Origin: Tubiluchus corallicola
Lineage: Eukaryota > Animalia > Priapulida
Length of the DNA stretch: 64,000 bases
NCBI GenBank assembly: GCA_030141605.1
Contig: JAQGDQ010000009.1
Location: forward strand, 806,001 to 870,000
Direction: 5' to 3'
Under the pieces are notes generated by a model. That model had not been told where the DNA came from, searched no databases, and worked only from the letters and a program-made list of their open reading frames with translations. Positions 37,207 through 50,905 of this stretch are shown here, piece after piece. The translations under genes and the position numbers were made by a program. How positions within the stretch are numbered: position 1 is the first letter of the stretch; every line of letters starts with the position of its first letter.

Positions 37207-40200
37207 TTATGATTTTGTTAAACAAAGCCAGGTATCGGGAACTTCGTATGAATATCTTGGTTTGCCGCTGTCATACGGTACGTGTATCACATTTTCTTTG
37301 CAATGGACAACTGTGTCAAACTTCATCGGAGCCTAAAAATAAATAAAAAAAATAATAAAAGTTACCTTTAATGTATGGTACAATAGAAAATAAGCACGTA
37401 TGCTGTATATACACACGTAGCCCACAATAAGAAAGCACAGACCTGTAGGTTTCTACTACATTCTAAATGACTGCCTTGTGTTTATCATAAAATTTGTTAC
37501 ACTTAGAAGAAAATCATTATTAATTTTATGTAGGATTTAGAGTGAGATGTATTAGATTTCCAGGCAACCTGGAATATTTAGATTCCAGAAATGGATGTAG
37601 TTTTCCAATACATTCAACCCACATGTAGCTGCATCTAATGTTCGTTGATGGTTGTTGAAACATATAAACATTTTACATATGATCATTTATCACTTCACGA
37701 AAATTGAGCTTTTGAAAAAATATATGACACTGGGTTAAAAATACCTTGAATTTAACTAATCCATCAGCAGTGATGTAAAGAACTAACATCTGATGGCTCA
37801 ACTGCCATTTCCTGAACAACACTTCAAATTTTTCACCTGAATAAGAGTTAGAAATTGATCACTGTGGTGAGTGTAAGCCAGGGATGTGTAACGACAGAAA
37901 TTTAACAAAACGATAACGATAGGATGCAATGCATTTTCCCAATAATACAATAAAGGTACGATATAATACATTATTCCAATCATATGATAAAGATAATCTA
38001 TTTTTCAGAAGATGTGATAAATATATTATGTATCTACTACTTTGCATGTGACCGCACTATGTAGTGAAGTTCAATGCACATCACTAAACTGACGAAAACA
38101 GCTGTTATTGCAGGGAGTAAGTAAAACAAAATTAGGTCTTGTTATCTCTAAAACTGTACTGGACTAGTAAAATTGTTTTCTGATGACTCTACACTCAAAT
38201 TATTTGTTGCTTCTTTTGTCCACTGGGTCGCTTAAATGAAAAAACTTACCCAATATTTGCAATTTTTTAAAAACTTCTTTAGATTACTCAGTTGATCACA
38301 AAACTTAACATAATTAACACGTTTCTTTGGTGGAGATAAAAAACCGGAACTGTTAGACAAAAACTGTTTGACAATTTTATATTTCTTTATTTGAGCTATG
38401 AGCTTGGGCAAACTTAGGACAAAAGAAAAACCAATCCAGACATGATTTTTATCATGTTTTTATCATGAAAAACAGGACATGTCTGGGGAAAACTGGACGC
38501 ATAGTAAGTCTCTGTGAAACCCACAAATGATTTCAGTAGTTAAGCATTCCTGCAAAAGTTTTGCCATATAAGATGCACTTCATGTTGACACCACCTTTTG
38601 AAAGGTATTTTAAGAAAAAGTTAACTAAGCATTAATATGGCTTTTAGTTGTTACGCCAGGCCCACTCATGGACCATTCAAACCAGTTTTGCATGGAGTTA
38701 TGGATGGTGTCAAGAAATGTGCGTGGCATATCTCTGTTTCTATGGTAACCCCAGTTTCTAGAATCTACCCCAGCAAACACAATTATAATGTACAAGGGAA
38801 TAGCCAGTAGATGTTTGACATTCTGACTAATTACCCTTCAGTGAACCATTTATCTATTCACCTCTAGTAGGCTTTGTTTGAAGTTTACAAAAAGATCTGG
38901 TCGATCTGTATTAAAGTGAGTTAATGCTGTAGCCTGCCCAGTGCATTATGTGACCTCCCACAGACTCCTCATCAAGGATATCCTGACATGCTAGTATATG
39001 GGTATGATTTGCTTTTGTATAATGTGATATTGTAAACATTTATTTACAATGTAGAATCTCACCCTTACTTCTTTATCGTTGTATCATGAATTAATTTATA
39101 TTACCAAAATGTAGCTAGGCCGTATGCTGTTATTATGAACTAGACCAATATTATCTATAAATTACTAATGTGACTTACTAATCCCTTCACACCATAATGT
39201 AAAATCTATCCAACAATTATGCACATATTTTAATCTCTTATTATTGACCTTCTTTAGATATACATTACAACCAGGTAGAAAGGAGCAATAATTTTTTTGG
39301 TTTCAAAAACAAAAATTAGATTTTTGAATATGGACCAAAACCTTAAGCACCAGTTTAGCTCTCCCACCTTTATGTCAAACAATTTTACACCGTTGTCAGG
39401 AAGTTTGTAGCAAAAGTATTAATAGAAAAAATGTCTTATTCTTATACAACTATGGTGATACCGAATTATGTTTTACGAACCTAATTTGAACAGATGATCC
39501 CTCATCATGTCCCCAGAAACAAATACTGTACCCAATCCGCTGTACATGGTAGCATATAAAAGAAACCTATCATCGTTTGACCTATAATAAAAACAAATTT
39601 TACAGCATTTTTCTATCAAACAATAATAACTACATACACATATTAACTCTGATTTAATTCAAGAACGTAAGAGTGGCAGTGCTGACAAAAATCACAGCAA
39701 GTATCAGTAATAGCCAACCATTGTTGATTTTCGCTCCTGGAATGCAATTGAATGCTTTTGAAGTATTTCTTACGGAATGCATTGTTCTGTTTAGCGACAT
39801 TTCGCTTAATGAGGTATCACGCTAGAATGCTTTAGCATTGTTAAGCGAGAACTTACTGACATTTTGTGAAAATAGAATACTTACAAATTTTCAGCGAAGA
39901 AGCAATCTGCCATATGTCGAACTGGACTCAGAAACTTTGGTGGCCATCTTAACATGTGTTTGCGGCCAAGCACGAGTACTTTTTTGTCTCTTGTGACTGT
40001 TAAATATTTGACCACCTGCAGCAACTAAAAGAAGAAAAACAGGTAATTAATTATATTTTTATACATGCATAGGTCACCACTGCGAGGTAAATAAGCACTT
40101 GCTTTATACTAAAACTTCAGTTTGCCTCTAAAGGTAATTCTGGTTTATTTTTCAAAAAAATTGAAAGTTACAATGAAGCATATTCATTACATTAAGCAAA

Positions 40201-43200
40201 CAACAATGACAGCATCTATGTTAACACATTCATTAAAATCAGGGGTACAGTTAACATAAACTATGTAAAAAGGTGAAATTTAAAGTCCAATCCACACATT
40301 ATAGATTTTAAAACTTCAAAAACCATAAAAACTTAAGAAATTAGCTTAGATCCATTCCTGCAGTGCTGCAGTAAAAACACAACTTGCATCAATGTGCACC
40401 GTGAATTATGACTAACATTAAGTGAAAGTTATAACAGCTCGGTTGGTTAGGACACTGGCTAAGATTGAGGGTTCGACACCGTACCGGCAATTTGCTTTAA
40501 TATTTAAAATTCAAAACCAAATTCAGCGAGTCTAAGTGTAATTTAAGAATACGTGTCCATAACAACGACAGTAGTGACGGCAGCAACTATGGCACTGATG
40601 ATGTATGACAGAAGTGATCAATTGGGCTCCATTCTAGGCATAAATCCAATAGCAAGATTGCTTAAGCCCCTAGCAGTTGATAGTTTAAGTTTTGGGACCT
40701 TTCAGCTCACTTCAATGCTTTATTTGTTAACGCCATGATGTAATACTGAAATTTTCTCATATTACTTACGATATGTATGCACAATACATTTGTCGCTTAA
40801 AATACTGTTGAAGGCATAACATGTTTATATTTTCAGTGAAAGATAATTTTCTGTCTCGGAAAGGTAAGTTAATAGTTACCTAGTGTAACTTAAGCTGTCT
40901 TAAAGTGTAAAACCTGTTAAGACTAAACTGGACATAACAACATATGCAAAAAATCTATCATTATTTGTTAATGAAGCAACCGTTAACTACGCAATGAATC
41001 TTAATGTGCAAAATAAAAAAACACAGCACTTCCATTTAAAATGGTGTAATGAAAACTCATCTGCCACAAAGCAAGCAATTTAATAGAAGCATTATCATTC
41101 AACAGTTTCCACTTACCGCGAGACCCAGATTACTCGCTTTCTTGTCAGATCTCCCAGCTGTATGAGAAACATTCAATCCGTCAATAACCACATCGTATGG
41201 TGCAGTTTTTTGAATAAACTTTTGGAACTGTTTAACTTCGACTGGATCTGAGCTCAAAAATACATCACTACCTGAACAAGTAAAACAATGTATAGGAAAA
41301 AAGCAGTGATGGGAGGAACCCGTGTACTTTTCTGTGAACTCAGGAAGTTGACACTTATTCTAAAAGCAACTTGAACTTGAATGTGAATGAGTTCACTGAA
41401 AAGGCAAACTTGCAGTAAGTTTCTAGTTAACCTAACAAGCTGAAAAGAGAAAAACGAAAAAACAAATTTCTGTTACACAAATCCTAGAAAACTATGGCGC
41501 TAATTTACAAAAGTCCTCAATTTGCAAAGTCTCTAAGCAGGATTCCTGATGACGTTGTAGTATGTTTGCCAAATTACTAAAAAAACTAAGCCAAATGCAG
41601 TTAAATTTAGCCAAATTCTAAGTGCAAAAAATAACTAAAACATGACCTGAAGGACTAATGCACAAATGTTGGTAAACGTGTTGACCTACTTATTTAATTC
41701 ACTAGTGGCGCCACTAGGTAGTTACTACAAACTTGTTCTATTGTGTAGTTCTATTGACTTTTAATTTGACGAAATTCGATTGTGAACTTGAACTGGAGTA
41801 AAATTCATTCTGGCCGGAAGGAATTTGAACTTGAACTAAATACATTTTACTACTAAAAAACTTGGAGTTTGAACAAGTTCGTTTCTTACTGGAAATTTCT
41901 CGTCGCTGGAAAAAAAGATCAGTAGAAATGCACATTTACTGGAATTTTAAATGAATCACATGCAGTAGCAATGAGACAAAGCATTTATATTACATTCGAA
42001 TACTGTGTGACACAAACCTTCAATGACTTGCTCCAGGAAATGCTGCCTCATTAGCTGAAATTCTTCTTTAGTTAAATTCATAGGATCCAAATAATCATGA
42101 CATGCTGAACATTCGCCTCTAAAGAACAACAGTTAGTGATTAAAATTTGCTGTACTGAGTGCATCTTATTACAGACAGTACAAGAAACTGGTAATTTAGA
42201 AAAAAAAATTACTATTGAAAACAATAGAACTATACTGCATATAAGATTTCAATGAAAATTTGACAGATAATGTGAAATAAGCCTGACTCCATGATAACCT
42301 CAATTGCATTTTACGTGTGATTTAGACAGATTTAATTTAAAGTGATTATTATGAAACCAATGTAGTAAACAACGAAATTTGTTATAGTAAACTTCACGCA
42401 AACACTAATTTTTGTGCAAACTTACCTTTTTGACATGTATGCCAATTTACCAACCCAGTTTTCCTGGCTGCAGCTTAAAAATAAAATACAAACAAACTGT
42501 TTAATCAAAAATACAGCAAAATTAATGATACGGGTATATCAAAAAAATCAATGTCTGTTATGTTTATACCTTAAACCTAGCAACACGAATAACAGATGAT
42601 AGAAAATATAAAGCAATTTTCTTCACAATTGTTTCATATTTATAGCTGCTACATGTGCATACTGGAGAACATTATCCATACCCACAAGGAAAAAATCTAA
42701 AACAAAGTTTGTATAAACAAGCAGCAAGGGAATGCTTCTATCACTCTTTTAATAAAAAACTGGCAGAAACAACAAAGAAACAGCAATATCTGTTTCCACT
42801 CTTTGATTCAGAAGCAATAGTAAAGAGAACTGTGTGATAACAGTGGTGATGATGCAGAACATGTGATAGATAGACATGTGTGAGACAGCAGTGATGATGA
42901 CGATGTTAAGGGCGACGTTATTGATGATGATGATGATGAAGTTATTAAATTAATGACAAAGGTATTAAAAATGACTGATAAGACTAATTAAGAAGGGTAG
43001 GTATGATTAAGGAGATGTGTACATGAAGGCATAGCAAATTTCCTTTGTCAATGACAGTTGGTGATAATTTCTTAAAATGAATGCAGCACTAATTTGACTA
43101 ATTAGAACCAGTTGCTTTGCCACAACACGGCACTTTGACGTGATTCACAAACCAACTCCTATTTGTTTTCTGAAATGTTTTCATTTTCTATTTTACACTT

Positions 43201-44421
43201 TCCTCCACCACATACAGACGAAAAATTCTTCTCTTTCTTGTTTTTATGTTTTCTACTGTCCAAGTGCAATAGTAAGTTTTAGGGAAATGCAATGCTGTGC
43301 AAATAAAATCAATAAAATAGCTAAAATAAAATAATCAGAATTATCATGAAGGCAAAGAAAATCTTGTTGAAAGTGCTGCATTAGTTACATAGTTATCATA
43401 ATGCATATTAGTTTTTGTGCCAACCGTGTAAATAACCAATTGCCAATGATTAGTTTCGAGGGGATAAGTTTACTAGAAAATGGCCGCAGAACAAAATCAG
43501 AAATTAATCTAGCAATTTTTTATTTCACTGAGCTGAGATTATCACAAATAGAAAATAACAAAAAAAGTAGTGTTTACCTTTCAAACCAATTTCTAACATC
43601 TGGCATAACTACACCTGGTAAGAGTAGCCTATAAGCCTGTAAAAACTTCAGCAACCTCTGCATCATTTCTCTACTCATACTGATGCTATCTTCATCTTGG
43701 CTACATAAGAAAAAAATTAAAACGACTCTATTTTATCTCTGAAGTGTTAAGAGAAAGAAACAGCTCTAAATTTATCTAGTCGATTGCACATTTCTAACTG
43801 TTTCATACACACTTAATGTTTAACTGTTTAGCATTTTTTTAATCATATACATTCTGAGCATGTTGTCAGACATATGAACAAGCTTGCTGTACTATGGTTT
43901 TAGTTACATAGTATATACTCAAATAATAAAAAATAAGGAACTTTATGTTATGTTACAGTTTGTATGGCAAATTTTGGCACGCTGTCTATATATACATGTG
44001 TGTGTGTGTGTTTGCTGAATGCATCCTACAAAAAATCATGAATGACACTGTAACAAACTTTCAATAATGACTCAATAAAATTATCAGACATAGTACAGTC
44101 ACAATAAAAAAACATTTCCTTTTACAAATTTTGAAAAGCAGTTGTATTAATAAGTAGAAAATTTATTAACATTTCATTTACCGCACATTATCAAACAGAA
44201 AATGCCTAAATGAAAAACTTCAAATACCATTTTAAATGTTTAAACTGTTTATCATTTTTTTAATCATATACATTTTGAGCATGTTATCAGACATATGAAC
44301 AAGCTTGCCATACTATGGTTTTAGTTACATAGTATATACTCAAATAATAAAAAATAAGGAACTTTATGTTATGGTACAGTTTGTATGGCAAATTTTGGCA
44401 CGCTGTCTATATATATATATA

Positions 44422-44495
<74 letters not shown>

Positions 44496-45554
44496 GTGTG
44501 CTGAATGCATCCTACAAAAAATCATGAAAGACATTGTAACAAACTTCCAAAAATGACTCAATAAAATTATCAGACATAGTACAATCACAATAAAAAAACA
44601 TTTCCTTTTACAAATTTTGAAAATTTATTAACATTTCATTTACCGCATATTATCAAACAGAAAATGCCTAAATGAAAAACTTTAAATACCATTTTAAATG
44701 CATGTATACCTGGCATTTACACAACGCTGAATCCAGATTTTATAAACTTCACCATGAAGCTCCCTTCCATCAATCACAGCTTTCTTCATTAAATCCCATC
44801 CCAATTCAATCTCATCATTAAGAAATGCAGCTTCTATAGTCACATTATAAGCTTTTGTTGTTACACTAGTTGTCAGCTTCATCATATCCATTAACTCTAG
44901 GCACTCCTTCCATCTATTTGTTTTACATATCGCCTGTATGAGAAGGTTGCATGTTGTACTTTCCAACACGGGATATCGTGATCTTAACGTATCGTAGTGG
45001 TGAAGAATCTCCTCTTCACTAGATTCATCTGCACAGTTACCGCAGAGAGCGACATAATGAACTAAGACAGAGAGATTAGGTTTCGAGTTCATTTCACTTA
45101 AAAACTGCATGTAAGATTTACCTATTAAATAACATCTAGCAGTCACGCACATCTTCATTAATACTCCACCAAAAGTGGAAGCTCTATTGGGATAGGTTCT
45201 CGCTATATTTGCTCGGAAATCCCTCCAATCCTGCGAAGTAATAAATCTATTTCCCACATTTATAAACTCTGAAATTTCCTCAATGTACTGTTTTATAGAC
45301 TGTTCCATATCTAGCTGTTCACTATCAACATTATCGTCTAGCGATTCTGTACAATATCTCTTTAAAATATTAGACTCAGTTGGAACCAACCGGTTTAGTC
45401 TATAACTGGATGAGTTTTGTTTCACAAGCACAGAGGCATTCATGCATATGATACTAGACAATCTTTTACAGCAGCAGCCTGAATAACTGCGTAAACAAAA
45501 CCGTGAATATTGTCTCAATAATGCACGAATAAACATCGTCTTTACATCCATCAT
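37207..45554 (-). CDS. PRORP: Mitochondrial ribonuclease P catalytic subunit (PRORP/MRPP3), 576 aa, 9 coding exons
   Basis: Exons 44710-45554, 43578-43700, 42426-42473, 42018-42118, 41117-41271, 39885-40024, 39481-39581, 37745-37836, 37207-37332 (1731 nt, GT-AG, phases consistent). Arg/Ser-rich presequence, PPR-like helices, Zn ligands CSAC..H(VPY)..WLC, NYN motifs [43 protein letters not shown]. Confidence 0.95.
38736..38749. promoter_or_regulatory. RFX X-box consensus match (GTTTCTATGGTAAC) in PRORP intron 7
   Basis: Fits GTYNCY-AT-RGNAAC exactly; function not shown. Confidence 0.35.
40435..40490 (+). mobile_element. tRNA-like SINE remnant
   Basis: CAGCTCGGTTGGTTAG (A-box/D-arm-like) followed by GGGTTCGACACC (B-box); anticodon arm truncated. 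Confidence 0.4.
41304..41908. mobile_element. hAT-like MITE with GAACTT sub-repeats (PRORP intron 4)
   Basis: Left CAGTGATGGGA, right degenerate TCTCGTCGCTG, approximate TSD gaaaaaag; gaacttgaact arrays near both ends. Confidence 0.45.
43815..44700. repeat. ~420-bp tandem duplication with (TG)n tracts, PRORP first coding intron
   Basis: Units ~43815-44234 and ~44235-44700 align throughout; (TG)~7 vs (TG)~33; the second unit lacks gcagttgtattaataagtagaaa. Confidence 0.9.
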
Positions 45555-46909
45555 GTTGGCTGCCTCTCACACATTGAATGATTCCATAATCTGAAATTAA
45601 ACATTATACTGCTTGACACAATTGGCAAGATCCGTTTCTGCCACAGTACCTTTTACTTTTTAGCAGAAACACTGCTAGCCGACAGGTGAGCTACTTCTTA
45701 TAAAACAGATCAGGAACGAGATTCAAACACGTAAGCTTTTCCAAAATGAATTCAACTGAACTTTACTAATTGTCACCTACTAATTAAGTCTAGTCATGAC
45801 AGCAGTCTACCATATGTTAGGTATATTTATTCACAATACTCTAACATTTTCATATATACTTATCAAAATGAATAGTTTATTCTTCGAATGCAATGTGCCA
45901 GTTCATTGGGGCACATTTAAGGCGACTTTAAGGTGATGTTATTTCCGTAATCAATGTGTAGCTTAAATTTTTAATAAAATCTAGTGACACAAATTTCTCT
46001 GTATGCTACTTTTTATGCTAAATATAAGACCGTGTCAGACCACATTATTTACTTTACAAAAATCCATCAAAAACCTGCCATAGATGACTTTGCAAAACAT
46101 ATGAAAGTGAATTACACTTACATGTCTAGTTTGTTTACATAACAATTTGCAAAGTTGTACCGCATTTCACTAAGAATTACTGAGAACTAATAATTCAAGA
46201 TTGAACTGAGCAGCCATCGTATGAAGTTGTTTTGAGTAGCACCAAGGAAGCTATTTTTCATAATTTTCATAACTGCAGTGTGCGTATTAACGCTGCACAT
46301 AGTGTGAGCCTCATGAATAATTTGGATTTTGTGAGTGGTGTTAAATGTGGGCAGTCTTTAGCTGGTGCCTAAGAACACTGCAAAGGACGCTCGTGCTTGT
46401 CGACATCCCCATGCACCACAGGCACTGCATCGTGTACCACCTTGCTTTCTTGCTTTGTACTATTTCACTGTGTATTGCGGTACCATGTATCCCCTCTCCT
46501 TGTCCTGCACAGCATTCCATGATATGGTATAAGCAAATGTACCATGTAGTGTGCCAACTGCATAAAAAACTGCCAAACAAAAAAAAATCTTCTACGCATA
46601 TAACTGCAAAATACAACTGGTATGGTCAAGCAATCATTTTTGGGCACCAGTGTGCCAAGGCCTACAACACCATCATATCCAAAAGCATACATACATTCCC
46701 AGTCTAGAAACGTATTGCTCCGAATCATATAAATTAAAATTAGTAGCTGACTTCCCTTTCTTTTTGTGGCTGTAGGTGTTTCTGTAAAGCTATAGGCGTA
46801 AAAATTCCAATTTGTAGCTTCGTTGTCTGCCTGGAATGTTTGCTTTTACCATCATCATAGTGTAAAACGAGAATGTGTATGTGTATACTTTGCCACCATT
46901 GCCTACAGT

Positions 46910-47187
46910 CATCATCATCATCCAATGAATCATAAGTCCAGGGACATGATTCTGCTCACCTCCCTATGCCAGGACTCCTTGCCCGCCGCAATGCCCCAAG
47001 TACATTTATTTCTAAGGATCAATGCTAAAGTGTTTAAATCTTTCTGTGCAAAATCTAAATATGTTAACATTTGTCCTCCTGTAGGTTTTTTAGCTGGTTC
47101 TATGGCTTGTTGAAGAGCTATCTTCACTGGAATATCATCATCAGGTAGTCTAAGCATATGTCCAATCTATCTTAAAAGGCGTCTTTT
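46910..47187 (-). mobile_element. 5'-truncated RTE-clade LINE 3' end (copy B)
   Basis: KRRLLR*IGHMLRLPDDDIPVKIALQQAIEPAKKPTGGQMLTYLDFAQKDL..SWHREVSRIMSLDL* with a (GAT)n tail; homologous to 1004-1216. Confidence 0.8.
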
Positions 47188-48620
47188 TAAACGAAAGTGG
47201 TACTGACAAGCCACTGACTTTAATTTTTTCATCTAAATTAAAGTATTTTGTCTTAAATGCTCGCTTACAGTCCTCAGCACGCTGTACGTGACACTATGGG
47301 AAATCTTTAGAAGCTTGGCGCTCACTATTTTCTAAGCGAAAGATTTGTTGTTGGTGCGCTAATTATTGCCGTCAAAGTGCGTTATAATTAGAAACTATTT
47401 ATAGCTAATATAAGCCGTTTATTATTAAAAATAATTATTCCAGTAACAGCTATCTTAACTGTGAGAGCACTGTGTAAGCGAAACAAATGTCATGGAATTT
47501 CAGCTCAACTTTATTTGTAATAAGCTACAGTAAATGTTCAGTTCTAGCAGTTCTCTTTGAGTGGTGTCATAATACATAATACGGCAAACGTCAACCAACC
47601 AAAGCTCACCTCACACTGGTCAATCAGGTACTTTAACTGACTGGCTGTTCCCACTACCCCAGACGTTTGCCCACAACTACCATGGTAAATACGTGCAAAA
47701 TATACTTAAAGAGCATAACACCATTATGGCGAACAAGGTTTATTGTATACACAACCACTAATGCGAACTCACAAATAAGAAATTTCGGCCTTTATTTAAC
47801 TAGTATAATGGCTTTGAATATAGCGTATTCGGTTATTGCATATTGCTTTTTATCTAGCCCCATTGTGTGCATTACTATAATTATATGTTTTTATTGCATA
47901 GTTTACCTTTGCCAGCTATTTGCAAATTAATTTACTGCTAGCAGAAGCCCCGCAAATTTTTTTATGTATAAATCCACTTCTAATCAACAATGAGCGAACA
48001 TCCGTAGTGTTCGTTTATTTAGCTAATGCAAAGCCAACTGCAGCAGCATTTACTGAATTAAAATTATAGGCATACTATAATGGATGTTGTCAGAACAATG
48101 GCTTTGCATCAGCAGTTTTCCAAGTGAGAACCAACCAAAATGGAATCTGTAATCAACTTGTTACTGCTCCTTCTGCTAAAAGCGACCCCTAAAAAGAGAC
48201 CCACATCACGTCACAGCCCCATTTCTACTCTTTGTAGAGAGCTGTATCTCCTTCCGAGAGCTCTACTGGGTGCAGCTAGAACATTTTTTTAGAGGCTGTT
48301 TAGTCAAAATTTCAAGAAAAATCGGGTCCAGAAAAACACCCGTTGCGGGATACCATGACTCTGCTGTGAATTCTAAATATACCTATAACGGCCACCGTTG
48401 AACCGGCTATCTAACCATTACCGGCACCACTTTCCCATTCTCTGTAAATAAGAAGTGTAACTTCTGCAAAAAATGGTCGAAAAGGGGCCATTTTTGGAGG
48501 GTTTTTTGCACCACATTCTTCCCAGTGGGTCCGATTCAAAAGATAAACCCCCAATGAAATGACACTAGATTGAGGCCTTTCGTTCGATATATAGATCACC
48601 AAAAATGGTGCCATCATGGT

Positions 48621-48725
48621 CCCATCATCGGAGCTGTAGCCTCGAATCTTATATATATATACATATATATATGTGTATTATATGTATATATATATAAGAT
48701 TCGAGGCTACAGCTCCGATGATGGG
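48621..48725. repeat. Perfect 47-bp inverted repeat with 11-nt spacer
   Basis: 48621-48667 is the exact reverse complement of 48679-48725. Confidence 0.95.
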
Positions 48726-50377
48726 TCCGATGATATATATATATATATATATATATAATGCCCTATACCACCGAAACTAATATATACGATTAAATCTAAT
48801 CCGACATTCCAGGTGCAGCAATAAAGTTGTTGGGCATGCAGCATGAGGAGTTGTTAATATGTCTTGTCGAATAATCATCTTATCTGCTAGCTATATAATA
48901 ACAATGAGTCATACGATCAGTGGCTTGGTACCCAGTTGTTTTACATATGTGCAGTCACTTGTTTAGTGACTTGTTAAGCTTTCTTATAACATAATTGCAT
49001 GTTATGGTTTAGTAATGTTACGACTTTTGTGAAAATTGGCTTCTAAATATAAAAATGTGTTTATTTGTGTGGGTGTGCATGCATGAGTGCATATATGTGT
49101 GTGCATGTGTATAAATAAAACTAATATTCAGTATCAGTGTTTAATAATAAATGGTTATTTGTTTATTTGCAAGATTCTGTTTTAGTAACGCACCACAAGA
49201 AGTTATTGTCAACTGTGCAAACGCTAATGCGGCCCTGTTGAAAAGCAACTACAGAGTGAAAGGGTTAAAGTTGACTATACTGCAAAGTAGTTAATATTTG
49301 ACAGCATCTTCTAAAAGTATACAGATCCTCTATGAAGCTACACATTGTACATTATTTATACACTTTTATTGTTAATATGTGTTTGTCCATCTATGTAGTA
49401 ATCACACGTATATGACGAGCCACGTATGCTTATAGACTATCTAGGTTTTACAGTGGATTTTTCTGGGTCCCTTGTAGGTTTGCATCAATGATGTTATATT
49501 GCAATTATGTGATTAGATTATATTTACTTAGACAAAAAGGACAGACAAATGTTGCCGATGGACGAAGCATGCGGAAGACCTCACGAAAAACTGAACCCTT
49601 TAAAAAGTATTAAAAACTAATAAAAGACCATGTTGTATTTTCATGGTAGTTTGCTTTATATTTTCAGGTTTGAAATTTAACGTTGTTTTATATGTGAGGA
49701 ATATAATATACTGATTTCAGCACTGCACATAGCAGGAGGTTGCCAGACACTACTGCACAGAGCAGATAGTATTTTTTAAAGTTGATAGTTAGTAGGCCCC
49801 TTAATTATTACATTCACAAAGTTTAGCTTGAGCAATTTAAAATGTTACATAAGTCTTTTAAATGATCACCATAATCGTTTGACATGTATTTTTGAAACCC
49901 ATAAGTAGAATAGATGGATATCCTTGTCAATAAGTAAAATTCAGATTTTCTTTACCACAAAGCAAGATTTTCATTGACAGATTCAGGTTACATAATAAAG
50001 TTTTAATTTTCATACTGCACTTTAATCCCAAGACACTGGAAGATAATTTTATTGCAAATGTAAGTACAAATATCTATAATATTATTTTAGCAAAAGTTCG
50101 CATGGCGGTAGGCTTTATTATATTGAAGCCTAGCATGTTGATCTTTCACATAGGACCTTAATATCACGTACATATTGTAATCAAAATTATTAATTACTGT
50201 TATTTCTTATAATCAGGTACGCACTATGTTATGAAACGTTTCAAATTGTTATGAAACATCTTTGTTGTTTTTCCCGTTTGCTTATAGTTATTCTGTATTA
50301 TTAGTGCCAATTGCAGTCTGTTTTTTACTTTGGTCTGACCTTGTTATTGCCACTTACAATATTTCAACTTTTTGCAG

Positions 50378-50526
50378 CTCTTCTTCTTCTTTATGAGCTA
50401 CAGGACTTTCAGAATATAGAATAGATACGTGTACGGTAATGAATTATAGTTTCTCAGATAATTTTGACGATACTGGACTGTTTACTTTAGAAAATCTAAA
50501 CTCCGCATTTGCCCTGCAAACAGTGA
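50378..50526 (+). pseudogene. Decayed duplicate of the first CCDC32 coding exon (pseudo-exon)
   Basis: Aligns to 50910-51056 (gctacag.actttcaga ... gataattttg..gatactggac.gtttactttagaaaatc.aaactc.gcatttgcc.tgcaaacagt); Trp TGG is now TGA, plus indels; preceded by a tttttgcag acceptor. Confidence 0.75.
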
Positions 50527-50905
50527 ATGGTGAAACCCTGTGGGGAAAAAAGTACTTTTAAAGAATCGTATGAGCTGCTCATTTGAATCCCAATATCTTT
50601 TGCACAGTTTACACTTTATGGTCATCTGTGAACTTAGTTTAATATTACAATATCAAGAGCAGGGGCCTCATTCTATTCTCTAAAACACAATCTTGATGAA
50701 ACAGGCTTATATAATCTCCAATTAATTCTGTAGTTTAACTTTGATTTTGTCGTTCTTTTCTAGGTTCATCTGCAATATTAAACCCTGACTCTATTTTGTG
50801 CAAGTAAGGAAAGCTTTTAAAAGTGCTGTGCTATTGTGAAAACAAATACAGAAATATCTTAAATCGTAGTCAAGTATACAAGTGACAAATTACTAAGTTG
50901 CAAGG

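Noticed and set aside
40435-40490. Functional tRNA gene
   Set aside because: A/B boxes present but no acceptor stem or complete anticodon arm; the same applies to 5601-5682.
46341-46728. Overlapping 87-120 aa Cys/His-rich ORFs
   Set aside because: No recognisable domain or consistent splice sites; lies in the presumed PRORP 5' intron.
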